Below, piece by piece: positions 11,949 to 26,722 of a DNA stretch of 64,000 bases (positions are counted from its first letter, which is position 1; the number at the start of each line of letters is the position of its first letter). The stretch spans positions 2,852,001 to 2,916,000 of the forward strand of contig OX597824.1 of assembly GCA_951406725.2 (NCBI GenBank), given 5' to 3'. The DNA is from Octopus vulgaris (Eukaryota). A program made the position numbers and the translations under genes. Below the pieces are notes generated by a model. That model did not search any database. It was not told the origin of the DNA and was given only the letters and a program-made list of their open reading frames with translations.

Positions 11949-14172
11949 CATATATATATACGGATACATATATACATATACTGACACACACAGCAACACA
12001 TGTATATATTTTTAAAAATATATATAGAGAGAGAGGGGGATACAGAGAGAAAGGTGGGTGAATAAATAACCCATGCTAGCATGGAAATGTACCCGTCACT
12101 TGATATACTTATCTGTACTTGTTACGATTATGTTCGGGTCTTGAAACCCATAATAGTTTTTAGGGACACCAGTGAAACGCCGATCGCTGTGCAACATCAG
12201 AGTAAGTCACTCTTTTGCGCCCGCCCTTCTTGCACCCACCACTGAATTTATCATTGTGAACTATGAAAGCGTTCGCCAATGTTACAGTGTCACCAGTGTT
12301 AAAGCAGAGATTTGTTTTTACCCTCAAATACCTATTCGTTTGCTACATGTATTGAATCATTTCATAAAAGCTAAATGTCTTTGCCAAAGACATCAAACGG
12401 TGATTGTGATAACTAACAATATCTTGACTGCTTAGCACGGCCAGCTTGCAGAAACGTTAGCACGCCGGGCGAAATGCCTGGTGGTATTTCATCTGTCTTA
12501 AGAAGATGAGAAGTTGCAGTATCCCACTCCAGTTCAAATCAACAAACGTTTTTAAGAAGTATGATCAGCCGTGCCATCCTGGACGAGAGGAAGACACCAT
12601 TGGACAGTGGCTTTTCATTTACAAAAAGAAGCAACCTAGAGCAGTGAGCATAACCACATGAAATGTCTCGGCATTTTGCAATGATCTCGCTTAATTAAAG
12701 ACGACAAATAATGAAGGTTAGTGACCAGCGTAACACCTTCAAGGTAGAGCTTAATTCTATGACTGAAGTAGAACTGAAGACCATTTCTCAACAAAATCGT
12801 ACGATGATGGCAACTGAATTCCAGGTGCTGGTTGCACCTCAAGCTGTTTCAGTGTAGAAAAGTTTGACGAAATACAGCTGGTGACCCAGAGCAGGAAGTG
12901 AAAACACTACACTTGCGGAAATAGTTAATGTCTGCATCACGTGGTTATGCAGAACCACCTGACTACAGGGTCATATTTCAAGAAACCCGAGACCAGATTG
13001 CAGCGTATACACTTTCGATACTTTTTCTGCTGCTCAAAGTGACCAAATGAACCTTGGTCTCTTTCGGTACAACAGGGGTTGAGAAGCACCGTCTGCTCCG
13101 GACAAGCTCAACCGATTCTGGAGTCTTGGCAATGTCGGGCGTGTCCTAGAAACATCAAGCACTTATTTATTCTGTATTCCTGTTTTTCCTGATTTGTGAG
13201 TTTCTATCAAATGTATGCCATCACATGTAAAACAGATTCGGCCGTCATCCCAGTCTATAAGGTAAGATCGGCCCACTGCTTTCTATTGACAAGAAAAGGC
13301 GACTAACTTACTTCTACTAAGTGGCTATGGTAAAGAAAGTTGTGTTGGACGCGGTTAAAAGGATCTGTTTAAGGATGTTCTCGAACAATGCCCACATCAA
13401 ATTCTTAAAGTACACAGTTGAAGGGAGGAGGAAATCACTCTCCTCCATTGTCTTTACAAAGTATAAACTCAGCGAGTCTGATGAGGCGAAATGAACCCAT
13501 TTTGACTTGGCGACTCTAAACAAAAGACAACAAACTAGGGGAGTGCACTTAACATTTGATGCGCCAGCGTCACCCAGAGTTTCGTGGAAGATACTCCGAG
13601 TTAATCAAGAGGAATTACTTCTTACTTGCCACCTCATCGTGTTGACATTTTGCACTCGTCATTTTTGTAGATTTCTCCTCTTTTTACCCGAAATAATTCT
13701 CCTATTGTTTTTGTTAATTGTATTTTCATTGTTAACAACATTTTGGGCCCTTGTCACCAATAACAGAAATTGTTACACATTGGCAGAATTTTTAGAGCAA
13801 AGGTAAAAATATGTTTCGTGCAATTTTTTTCCGGCTCTTCACCCCGCCAGGGTTAACTTAGCCTTTCATTCCCTTGGGTGTCGAAATGAATGAAAGCAGC
13901 TGTCAAGTAGTGGAATTTGTGGCACCTACTTATCACCTCATCTTAAAACTGCTGGCGGGGAACTAGCAGAATTGTTAAAGCATCGAGAAACATGCTTTCC
14001 AACTATTTACATTCAAATCCCCCACACAAGGTCAACTTTGCGTTTCAGCCTTTCCAGATCGATAAGATAAAGCAGCAATCAAGCAAGGGGACAATGGTAT
14101 CAACTCATCGTCTTTTCACTAATTGATGGCCTAAATCAGACAAAATGCTAGTATTATTCATAGATAACCTAC

Positions 14173-14367
14173 CGGAACATTCAATGTTGGCGGTTTCTTT
14201 ACATCAGCTACACTAAGGTCGACATTACATTTTTTGTATATATTCTTAGGAAGAAGAATCAGCTGTGTCCCGGCGCATAAGTTCTCATTCGCATTGTATG
14301 CCAAACTGTGAAAGACCATGCAAGAAAGCAGTAGGATCTTTCCTATGAAAACATTCCAGAAGAACAT
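14173..14367 (-). CDS. PEBP4-like gene copy B, exon 1 of 4 (gene spans 14367-4719; 645-nt CDS, 214 aa, intact)
   Basis: MFFWNVFIGKILLLSCMVFHSLA-YNANENLCAGTQLILLPKNIYKKCNVDLSVADVKKPPTLNVP|gtaggt. Joins in frame to exons 2-4. Confidence 0.9.
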
Positions 14368-14813
14368 TATTTCTGTCAATGGTGTTACAGCACTGAAGAT
14401 GTTATAATCGTTGTCTTTGGAGATATTGACGAAAAGATTATTTGCAGTTTAGATGCAAATATTTCCGTATTTATTTTAATAAATATACTTTGATTTATCT
14501 TCAAAATTGTCAACACTAGACTTCTGTTTGACGTGATCTTTCTCTCCTTGTTTCTAACACATCCGTTCTTTATACGTGTGCTTCTACAAGTGAGCATGCG
14601 TCTAAGTGTGCGCGCGGTTGTATTTATGTTTGATTATGACGCATTACTGTTTTAAATTTGCTTACGTGAAGGTGTGTGCATGTGTACCTTTACATATATA
14701 AGTGCTTACATACATATCTACATAAAGACATATAGACAAACACGCATATATAATACACGCAAACGCACACACGCACACATGTAAACACACACACATATAT
14801 ATTTACATGTATG

Positions 14814-14870
<57 letters not shown>

Positions 14871-14886
14871 CTATATATACATATAC

Positions 14887-14946
<60 letters not shown>

Positions 14947-15196
14947 ATACATATATATATACATATACATATATATATGCATATACATATATATGCACAC
15001 ACACACATATATATATATATTTATATGCATATATATGTGCATGTGTGTGTGTGTGTGTATGTACATATACACATGGCTGTATTGTGCATGAGAGATGCCT
15101 TTCTCTATGCAGAAACTGCAGCATCTACTCAAAAGATTCCAAAATATAGCAATGTTAGTAACACTTCTCTATCGTTAGCTCGTTAGCAGGTATTTC

Positions 15197-15935
15197 AGAG
15201 TCACAAGCATTTCGTCCCTCAGCATTTACGCTTCGCCCGAGTGCGTGATCGAGGACCGAACTAGTTTTCCCCTACCGAAGATAGTCACCTTCATCTAGTT
15301 CTAGGTTCTGGGACTGTCTCTCTCATGGCTTTCTTTAGTTGTCTGTGTTTCAGACCTATCTTCTGCAGATCATAGTGCACTGCTTTAGCTGAAAATCTGC
15401 GGTTGCCGACTTCAATGGAAATGAGGCCGCATGTCATCCCTTGACAAAGGCCTTGTTAACTAAGTTTTCTTTACGTGGTGAGAAATATAGAGTCTGTCCT
15501 CCCTTCGGTGGTGGTGTTTATTAGCCTTCATTCTTTGAAGATCAGTCGACTTGACAATTTCTGCAAGGGCCTCGTCATATCATCACTTAAATTGACCTTC
15601 TCTCAGTGCCTTGGGTTATCCTGGCAAAATGTTGTTCAGTGTACAACGATTTATTTACCCTTTATTTTAAGGTTATTTGCTGTTGGCAAAAAGTCAGCTA
15701 CAGCACGAAGGAGGAAGGAGAATGTTCTCTGGCCAGTGATCCAGGGTTCCTTCCAGGACAGAACGTGTCTGTTTCCACTGCATCTGTTGACCCTGGTGGG
15801 CAAGCCCTACTGCCTTCAACCGGCGATTCTCAGCTGTCGAATCACGAATCCTTTGCACTATGAGCCCTCAATTGTTCCTGGTATTGGTGTATTTATATGT
15901 GTGGGAAGATGCATGTGTATGTATATGTAAGTATG
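15197..15935. repeat. Duplicated upstream block shared by copies B and C (second copy 39332-40050)
   Basis: Near-identical sequence; pseudo-ORFs 15475 and 39611 differ by a 24-nt indel. Confidence 0.85.
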
Positions 15936-16404
15936 TATGAAGTGAGGTTGTATGACGAATTCTATAATACGATTAAAACTGAAAAATCCGCCATAGAAAA
16001 CTTGTCTGATTCAATTTGCAGACGAAGGAATAAAGCAAAACAAAAACAGGCGCCTCCGCTTACACGTCTATGAAACGATACACTCTGTCGCAAAGGAAAG
16101 GTTTTAGCTGACCAGATTTTGTCAAAATTATTAGTTAATTAGATGTGTTCAGATCATGGTAATCCAGCAGAAAATATATTACAAGCTTATACTTTATCTT
16201 GTTTCAAACAAGAATACATGTTTTACTTCTTAAAAAGATTATTTCTAAACACATGTCTCTAAACACATATAATACGTGTGTACATATATGTTTCAGTGGA
16301 AAAATATATATGTATGTATATATATATATATATATTTGTGCGAGTGTGTATGTATGTATATATGTGTGTATGTATGTATGTATGTATGTATGTATGTATT
16401 TATG

Positions 16405-16435
<31 letters not shown>

Positions 16436-17070
16436 GTTCCTCATGTGTATGCCGTTTCGTTCTGACACAACTGAAATAACTTTAAGATATATTGATTTTA
16501 CAGATTGCAAAATTACTCTTCTTAGTACTTTCTCATACCTCTGTTTATATTTTATTTAATATGAATAATATAGTGCATCTAATATTATTAATAATAATTG
16601 ATTATTGTGTATGCTTATAAATATAAATATCTATGTACATTTAAGTGTATATATAAGTATTTATGTATATTTATAAATGTATGCATATGTCTATGTATAT
16701 GTATAAGTATTTAAATGTGTGTGTATTTTTTATTTATTTTATATTTATATTTATTTATAACTTAACCTTATGTACTTCATAAAATCTCTGATGAAGCCTA
16801 GAGAAACACCCAAGTACCTCAATATCATCTACTTATTACTTCAGTCTACTGGAAGAATAAAGGTAGAATGAGGTATTTTTTACCTCTTGGCTGAAACAGC
16901 TGTGAGCTATTTTCCCAATTTATATTCCTGTATATTATATTTTATAATTACTGGTATCATTTTATATGTAAAGCATAATATGCAAAGCATAATACACACT
17001 TATATGTATGTGTACCTATGTACATAATTATTACACATGCGCACACACACACACACATACATACATACAT

Positions 17071-17153
<83 letters not shown>

Positions 17154-17248
17154 TGTGTATGTGTGTGTGTATATGTATATGTATATATATAGAAAGAAAG
17201 AAAAAAGAATGAAAGAGAGGGATGGAAAGAGAGGGATTGAAAGGGAGG

Positions 17249-17282
<34 letters not shown>

Positions 17283-17898
17283 AGATTCTTACAGTGGAAA
17301 ATTAAAGGAACCGACTAAATTAAAAATACGTCACGTGCAATTCTTTCGACTAATTTGACAGGTAAATTAAACGTTTACAGTAAAATAAAATAAATGCTAA
17401 AATAATCCAAATAAACTCGTCACTGATGTTGAACGATAAATACAATTTAGAGTTACCTCCCTTAGTACTTTTTCGTGAAATCCATCATTTCACAAATGGC
17501 GTTATATTAAAGTTTGTTTTTGTAAAGAAGCATAACGCCTAAATGTGACTCACCCCAGGGAATATCCTCGGGGGAATCTGTTTTCCATCTCATAAAACGC
17601 ACGGTTTCAAATACCTCCTTTTTCCATAATTATAGGAGACTTGTTATAAAAGAAATATTCAGACGATATCTCTTTTAGTTCCATTTTTTTTTCTTTTTCT
17701 CAGATGACACAAGGCAACAGTTATGGCACTTTTTCTCCCAGGGCCTGACTCTGGAGGGAGTTATCCTAATGAAGGAAGAATGGCTCAATGGAATATATTC
17801 TATCAAGCCATTTATATTTTATTTTAATTGTCATTATCGTCGTCGATCTTATAAGCATCATCATTATCCCTACCACTCACCTCCAGCATCTTCATCAA

Positions 17899-18419
17899 CA
17901 TACATACACACATACATACATACATACACACATACATACATACATACATACATACATACATACATACATACATACATACACGCATACATACATACACGCA
18001 TACATACATACATACATACATACAACATATACATACATATACATACATACACACACATACATACATACATACATACATACATACATACATACATACATAC
18101 AACATATACATACATACACACACATACACACATACATACATACATACATACATACATACAACATATACATACATATACATACATACATACATACATACAC
18201 ACATACATACATACATACATACAACATATACATACATATACATACATACACACACATACATACATACATACATACATACATGCATACATACATACATACA
18301 TACGTACATACATACATACAACATATACATACATACATACATACAACATATACATACATATACATACATGCATACATACATACATACAACATATACATAC
18401 ATATACATACATACATACA

Positions 18420-18451
<32 letters not shown>

Positions 18452-18491
18452 CATACATATACATACATACATACATACATACATACATACA

Positions 18492-18525
<34 letters not shown>

Positions 18526-18657
18526 CATACATACATACATACAACATATACATACATACATACATACATACAACATATACATACATATACATACATACAT
18601 GCATACATACATACATACAACATATACATACATACAACATATACATACATACATACA

Positions 18658-18689
<32 letters not shown>

Positions 18690-18793
18690 CATACATATAC
18701 ATACATACATACATACATACATACATACATACATACATACATACATACATACATACATACATACATACATACAACATATACATACATACAACA

Positions 18794-18825
<32 letters not shown>

Positions 18826-19092
18826 ACACATACATACATTCATACATTCATACATACAACACATACATACGTACAACATATACATACATACATACACGCA
18901 TACATGCATACATACATACATGCATTCATACATTCATACATTCATACATACAACACATTCATACATATAACATATACATACATATATGCATGCATACATA
19001 CATGCATATATACATACATTACATACATACATACATACATACATTACATACGTACATACATACATACATACATACATACATACATACATACA

Positions 19093-19121
<29 letters not shown>
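17899..19121. repeat. 1.2-kb compound (TACA)n microsatellite
   Basis: TACA units with recurring ACAACATATAC variants; source of the 300-455 aa pseudo-ORFs. Confidence 0.95.
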
Positions 19122-19123
<2 letters not shown>

Positions 19124-19335
19124 GAGGGTGGGCTGAAAAGTTCGTCTTCATCAGCAGGGAAGGAGCGGCCTCAGTGTTTTGAGGATGTAAAGGGCATTGT
19201 GTCGGTTGACTATATTCAAAATTGCCACACCATCAATGGAGAGTTGTATGCAAACTTGCTGAGGCAATTACGAAAGTCTGTCAAGAACAAATAATCAGAG
19301 AAAACTAAAGAAAGGTGTCTTGTTTCATCAGAGGT
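19122..19335 (+). mobile_element. Mariner transposon remnant
   Basis: TA-TGAGGGTGGGCTGAAAAGTTC TIR-like start; GIVSVDYIQNCHTINGELYANLLRQLRKSVKNK is a typical mariner segment. Confidence 0.7.
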
Positions 19336-20086
19336 GGGTTTACATCAGTCATATATGCCTGCTCCTCTTTTGGCTCGTATCACGTTTATGCTTTTTTAGT
19401 CATTAGACGATGGTCATACTGGAGGATCGCTTTGCTGCAACTGATGCAAACATCACAGCAACTGTCAAGCGTTGGGCTGGAAGGCAAACACAAAGACCCA
19501 CACATGAACACTTGCGCGCGCGCGTGTGTGCTTGAGTGCATATGGGTGTGCGTGTGTCACTAAACTCGGTCTCGGTGGTGTTTGAACTCAGAACGTACAA
19601 CAGAGAATATGCTGCTAAATGATTTTTATCCGGGGGCTGCTAACGATTCTGCCAACACCCCGCGTTACAGTTCTGACATCAGACCCCTTCGTAGTTCTGA
19701 CAGTTAATAAATTATCTCTGGAATAAAAGGATTTGCAAATGAAAATGAATGAAGGAAAAAAAATGCAGAGAAATACGTAAAGGAGCGCAGGACTCAGTAT
19801 AGAGAAAGAAGGACTAGGATAGAGTGCAATATAAGAATATATAACAACAGAACACATTGCCTACACACACTTTACTTGTTCGAGTGAAAAGAAAACACGG
19901 AATGAAAATGGGAACATTGAAAAGAAGATATAACACTTTATTGTTTATTTCTTGTTTTATTGTTCATATATATAAATATATAAATATATATATATATATA
20001 AATATATATATATATATCGTTTATTAAAAATATTAATCCGAAAGTAGAAGCACACTCCAAGATTTAGAGCAGTACATATTAAAAAT

Positions 20087-20269
20087 GGGTAAGGCCGGTT
20101 TATGGGATTACCTTCGGTTTCCCGTCCATAAAGAGCTTAACTTTATGGCGTATTACCAGATCCCAAAATCCTGTCGGCCGGGCCAAAAGGTTTGGGGATC
20201 TGACGATACGCCATAAACCTAAACTCTTTATGGACGAGAAAGCTAAGTTAATGCATAAACCTTCCTCCC

Positions 20270-20270
<1 letters not shown>
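20087..20270. mobile_element. Palindromic MITE-like element in the 3' UTR region of copy C (half copy at 4584-4660 in B)
   Basis: Two ~75-bp imperfect inverted arms (GGTTTATGGGATTACC...CAGATCCCAAAA / TTTGGGGATCTG...GCATAAACC). Confidence 0.7.
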
Positions 20271-20309
<39 letters not shown>

Positions 20310-22119
20310 GTTTCTGTAGATTATTTACGATAGTAACCGGCCAATAGTAATATGTTAAAATTATTATAAACAAAGAACTAATTCTCTGGTTGATCAGATC
20401 AGAAGCGACTGAAACGCTTCTTTTTACAGAAGTAACTTCTGGTTGCGAAATGATGTATTGAAAGCTCATTATGTGCGATACCATGTTCAATTTTTCAAAA
20501 TAAGTAACATTAATTCTTCGAGTTAACGTCAATTGCAGTTTTAAAATGTCAGAATTGCGTGTATGTGGATACCGTAAGAATTAGTATCGATGGCGTCCAG
20601 AAACCGGAGAAGGGTGTTTGTAAGCAGTTGAAGGGAAAAAGAAAAGAAAAATGATTAGTGGCAGAAATTGAATTTATATAAACATATGCATATCTTATCA
20701 TTTCTGCTTCAAAAATCGAATGGCCATATCCGAGGGTCTGCAACTACAAAACTTACCAACGCAACCCATAATTTCTTTGTAGATGGGCTGAAGGTTTATG
20801 CTAAAATATTTACATTGTCATAAAAACAGTTGATGTTAACATTTTCACTGAGAAACAGAAATGGAATTTGGTCGAAAGGAATGTTCATATTTGATTTTTG
20901 AACGTGGAAATTCAGTCTCTCAGACTCAAAACCTGTTCATCAACAGTTTCTCTCTATCAATGCTACAAAAATCTAGGCATTGATGAAAACCTAAACAAAG
21001 GTGTTATGGATAAAGACAAAATGGCTGGAGAATATTACGTCTGACTTAGAAAAAATAAAGTAGGCGGATAAGAGTATCCAGTCCGGAGATCTGCAGTATG
21101 AGTAATGATACACCAGCATTGGGGATAGTTGACTGGTCTGTAAAGAAAATCCTTTGCAGAGACATTAAACAGGACATCAACAGGAAACTTACACAGAAAC
21201 AGTGATAGAGGCAAACGTGGTCGAGGCTTGAGATCAGTGCAGATAGCGTTCGAATGGCCGTAGACTGTCTCTCTCTCTCTCTCTCTCACTCTCTCTCTTC
21301 CTCTTTTACTCTCTCACTCATTTAATCATTTTCCCTCAGAGTGCCCCTGGTAACAACAGCAGCAAAAATGCATGCATAAACCTAGTGCTGAAAGAACGAA
21401 GGGGACAATATCCTAGGTGTCGGCAGTAAACCCTTCAGGAAGCACCCACTTCCTGATGATCTCCAGTACAACCCAAAGCAGTCGGACTAACATACTGCAA
21501 AGTAAACCCGAATGTGATCCCTTTGCTCTACGCCTTCACTACCGCCATCCATTCATTTCTCTTTGCTCACTAGGCACGTCATCTGTTGGTGAAGTATTAT
21601 TTCTATTTTCTGATTTCCCGACTCTAAAACCACATTAAGTGTTCATACAGCATCCGGAGAGAAGAAAAAAGACAAATTAAACTAGCAAAAAAATTACTGG
21701 ATATTTCCAGATCCCGGAATTCTGACTTTGCATAAGAAATGCTTTGCCTCGTCAGTGGAATATACACAGATAGTAACATAAATACACACACACACACATA
21801 TATATATATACATATACATACAACATACGAATACTTACATATACGAACGTATACATACATATATATGCAGGTATGCACACGACCAGTTTAAATTGCTCGC
21901 CTACAACTCCTCGTGCGATATGGTTGAAACTTCACCACAGTAAATACAATGACGAAATAAATATAAGAATTTATATAAATAAGGATAAGATCGTTAATTC
22001 AAATATGTGCCTATATGCATATATATGTATGTATATGTTCGTATACATACATATATATGCACTTCTCTTGCACTCTCCTCTCAAAAAGGTGTAAGCCCTT
22101 TCTATTATTTCGTGTTAAG

Positions 22120-22805
22120 GAATATCACTGCGTGTGACTCACAGATTTGAGATGTTGTTTTAAAGTATCCTCTATATATTTTCTAAACCTTTGAGATATT
22201 CATAGATTTTTCTATCTTAACTACGATGTGAAGTTCCATTGATAAATTCCTTTATCGTAAATATATGATGTTTTATAAATATATTACTATAGCTTTCTTA
22301 AAACTTTGACATATTCTTCATAGATTCTATATGCCCGCTTTGTTATGTCCAACTTGGTGACGCTCCTCTCAAAAATCTAGATTTCTCTACATAAATTTGT
22401 CCCCACGTTGGAATTTCGGTGAGCTTACCTGCTTCCTCTTCGCCCTCTCCTCTCCATTCGCTCTTCAGTGTTGATGTAAGCAGTCATGTTGATAGGATAG
22501 CTAATTAACGACTTCCCCAAAATCTTGAAGCATTTTTCTTTAACTTCAAATTATGAAATATCACAGTGTGAGATTCAAAGATTTCAGATGTTTTTAGAGA
22601 ATTCTGTTTGCTAAAAATTTGAGGTATTTCTAGATTTTTCTGTCTTAACTACGATGTGATGTTCCATAGATTCCTTCGCCGTAAATACGATGTGATGTTT
22701 TATTAACAGATTACTATAGTTTTGTTAAAAGTTTCAGCTGTTGTTCATAGGTTCCTATATTTCTGCTATGCTGTGTCCAACTTGGCGATGCTCCTCTCAA
22801 AAATC
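22120..22805. repeat. Diverged local direct duplication (~260 bp; 22120-22380 vs 22557-22805)
   Basis: Shared anchors AATATCAC..., TCTTAACTACGATGTGA, ATTACTATAG, TGTCCAACTTGG..GCTCCTCTCAAAAATC. Confidence 0.7.
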
Positions 22806-24520
22806 CGCTCCCATCCACCCCCAATTCACTGCCAGGGTTGCCAATTACCAGTCCAATGAAACGGCCTGTATTAGTAGACACCACATGTCCGTTCTACTAT
22901 AATCTGTCATCATTTGTTGTCTAAAGTAATCAGAGTAGAAAATATTAGGACCCCACTCGGCCTTATTGTAATAATATAATTATAGTAATAATAATAGTGA
23001 AACTATAGTAGTGAACAAGTAAATAATTAGCCAGATTGATAATTGTGTAGAACGATTAACAGGTGGTGTTTTGAAATCGTTGAGCCGTCAGTGAATAACC
23101 GGCGACCCCACTAAGTTTGTCTGGTGAGGAGGGTAGATTTTCGACACCCTGCGGGATTAAAAACAAAACCCAGCAAAGGGCAGAGGAACGTAGAAGAATC
23201 AGTAGCCATTCCGAAAACGGGTACACAGAAATCGTGAGCCTTGCTTGGCAGTCTAAGAGAAGGAACGCTCTGATTTCAAAACTGGTGTAGATAGGAATCC
23301 TTAATCACAGTTGTGACAATCTGTCTGTGTCCAACGGCTCTATGCCTGAGTTGAAGGCGAATGAACCGTGAATCGGGACTTATCTCCGGCGCAATATCTG
23401 GATGAAGATACGGGACCAACTGATGCTCACCTATCTCCTAGTGAGAATCATGATCATGGTCCTCAACATACAAAATGCGAAGGGAACAGGCCCAACATAT
23501 GGGCAGAAGAGCAGCTCTTGGATGACAATCTTTCTAGAGATGGTGCCTTGATAAAAATACCGGTTGGTGGTTAAAACTATTGTCCTAATTACCTGACAGG
23601 TTGTGCGAATGGGTACAAGTGAAAATGTCATCCCCATAGATCCAGGAACAATGTAGTACCATCAAACTAAAGTTGCAGGAGAGAGTGCAGCCAAAGTGCT
23701 CATTTCTGGATCTGACCCTCCGACTATTCATGGCAGAATTAACAGTCAAATCTATTTAAGCATTTTATCTGATCAAATTCATCCTATGACATAAATGAGG
23801 TTATATATATATAAAATATAAACAAGCAATCCAGAGGCTCTGAGCATATGGTCTATTCTCTTCAGAAATAGAACGAACCATGTGCTCAGAGCCTGAGATT
23901 GCTTGGAGGTACAAAACAAGAAACTATTACCAGCTCGAATCTTTATTCTGTGCACATTCAATGATATTTATCTCTCACTGGATCGTGTTTGTATGGCGTA
24001 GATTTTTGTTTATTTACTTAACGGAACAACAAATTATATTGATAACCTCACGCGTGCCCACGCACGCATGCATGCATATATGTATGTATGTTTGTCTGTA
24101 TGTGTGTATGTATGTATGTGTGTATGTATGTATGTATGTATGTATGTATGTATGTATGTATGTATTATGTATGTATGAGTGTGTACGTATGTATGTGTGT
24201 GTGTGAATGTATTAGTATGTAACACGATTGAGTAACAGTGAAGATAGCACTTACGTATTCCGTCCTTTAATGAGGACGTTATGCCTGATTTCAGTTCTGC
24301 GCGCTGAAATTAGTATGTATGTATGTATGTATGTATTTATGTATGTATGTATGTGTGTATGTATGTATGTATGTATGTATGTTTGTTTGTATGTATGCAT
24401 GTATGTATGCATGTATGTATGTATGTATCTATGTATGTATGTATGTATGTATTAGTAGATTTGTACCTTTTATGCATGTATTCTCAAGCTTATAGTTACA
24501 TATCTAGGCTTGCACATATA

Positions 24521-25603
24521 CAGGTGTAGGACAAAATAGTGGAAACACCTAGCATCATAGCATCATAATTTTGAAATATCTGTTAAACCGTCAAAAGCTT
24601 CTTTATATTTATGTTTTTTTTTATCTATTATTAGTGTTGCTTAATACTTTTCGCTAAAATTGCTGTTTCTTTTCAGATGTCATCAGAGAAAGGTAATTGA
24701 AATTCATTAAAATGACAGATGTATCGGACTTTCAAAGAGGTCAAATTGTTGGTGCTCGTATGGCAGGCGCTAGCGTAACGAAAACAGCCGAAATGTTTGG
24801 TGTATCAAGAAGTACTGCCTCGTAAGTAATGACAGCCTTTGAGAAAGAGGGAAAAACCACATCGTCGAAATAAAACTCCGGAAGAAAACGAAAAATTTTT
24901 GAGATTGGGACCGTCGGACTGTTACGCCAATTCTAGAAAGGATCAGAAAAGTACACATCCCAAAATAACTGCAGAGCTTAATGACCGCCTTGTGAACCCA
25001 GTTTCCACAAAAACTGTCCAGCGGGAGCTGCACAAAGCCGGATTCCTGCGGAGGGCTGCAATCCCAAGACCACTACTTTCAAAAACAAATGTTGCCATGC
25101 GTTTAGAGTGGAGTAGAAACCTACAGAATTGGGCCCTAGAGCAGTGGAAGAATGTTATTTTCTGAGGCGAGTCATCCTTTACCTTATTTCCGCCCACCGA
25201 CCGAGTACACGTTCCAATTATTCGGTGTTGTCTGCTATGTTCTCATTATTGTAAAGAAGGTGGCAAGCTGGCAAAATCGTTTGCACATCAGACAAAATTC
25301 TTAGCGGCATTTTAAATCTCAGTGTAGTCAACTTTGCTTGTCATCCCTTCAGATTCTATGAAAATGTACCAGTTAAATACTAGGGTTGGTATACTTGACT
25401 TGCTCCTCCCCTCAAAAATCACAAACCTTAAGCATTTTATCTGATCAAATTCATCCTATGGCTTCGGAGATGTTTCCGGAGGGAAACGCAATCTTTCGGG
25501 ATGAAAATGCTCCAATTCACACAGCTAAAGTTGTTACTGAATGACACAATGAACATTCTAGTGAAGTTGAACATCTTATCTGGCCACCACAGTCCCCAGA
25601 TCT

Positions 25604-25607
<4 letters not shown>
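24521..25607 (+). mobile_element. Paralogous Tc1 copy in intron 2 of copy C (internal deletion, SINE insert ~25212-25425)
   Basis: Same flank and TIR as 7430. ORF 24839-25165 includes KITAELNDRLVNPVSTKTVQRELHKAG...WKNVIF. Confidence 0.85.
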
Positions 25608-25660
<53 letters not shown>

Positions 25661-25665
<5 letters not shown>

Positions 25666-26679
25666 GTATCGCCCGGCGTTGCTCGGGTTTGTAAGGGAAA
25701 TAACTATATAAGCATTTTTAGAGAGTTACTTCCCTTATAGATGCCAATTCGGGCTTTCTTAGCCATTTCTGTTTTGGTGTCTTCAAGCCATGAAGTCGTT
25801 GTTCTAAAAGAACGCTGGTCTCCTTGACAACGCATTACGACGTTGATTTCCTTAAACTCCCTTCCCCACAGCTTCACGAGGGAGGGAAGAAGGGGGAGAA
25901 GCAAACACAGGTGCAGGTGTTTGAGCGTGGACGCCAACTCCGCCGCCATCGACACACGAAAAATTATGCATTAAAATGGAATAAAAAATGATGTTAAATT
26001 ATTTTTTAAATCGTAGACTCATCGTAGATGCGCGCTAATAGCCAGACGGGCTCAATATTAATCACGACTATAAGATACCCGAATTTGGTTAAACTGCACC
26101 GCAAAATGTGGGAGGAGTTAGGAATCTAAATCGAAGGGGACAGACACTCACACAACTACAGTTTTATATATATACTAGCAGTATCGCCCGACGTTGCTCG
26201 GGTTTGTAAGGGAAATAACTATATAAGCATTTTTAGAGAGTTACTTCCTTATAAATTCGGGCTTTCTTAGCCATTTTTGTTTTGGTGTCTTCAAGCCATG
26301 AAGTCGTTGTTCTAAAAGAACGCTGGTTTCCTTCACAACGCATTACGACGTTGATTTCTTTACACTCCCTTCCCCACAGCTTCACGAGGGAGGGAAGGGG
26401 AGAAGCAAACAGGTGCAGCTGTGAGCGTGGACGCCAACTCCGCCGCCATCGACATACGATGCATTTTATGCATTAAAATGGAATAAAAAATGATGTTAAA
26501 TTATTTTTAAAATCGTAGACTCATCGTTGACGCGCGCTAATAGTCAGACGGGCTCGATATGAATCACGACTATAAGATACCCGAATTTGGTTAAAGTGCA
26601 CCGCAAAATTTGGGAGGAGTTAGGAATCTAAATCGAAGGGGACAGACACTCACACAACTAGAGTTTTATATATATATAG

Positions 26680-26722
<43 letters not shown>

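Noticed and set aside
14368-14379. Upstream extension MTEI/MAEI of exon 1 given by the ORF track
   Set aside because: Starts at TTG; the conserved ATG four codons later begins the signal peptide.
15475-15930. 151-aa ORF duplicated at 39611
   Set aside because: GTG start, no recognisable domain, and it lies in a duplicated repeat-like block.
17769-19136. 455-aa and 445-aa His/Thr/Tyr/Ile-rich ORFs and antisense MYVC ORFs
   Set aside because: Translations of the (TACA)n microsatellite, open in most frames; no coding signature.
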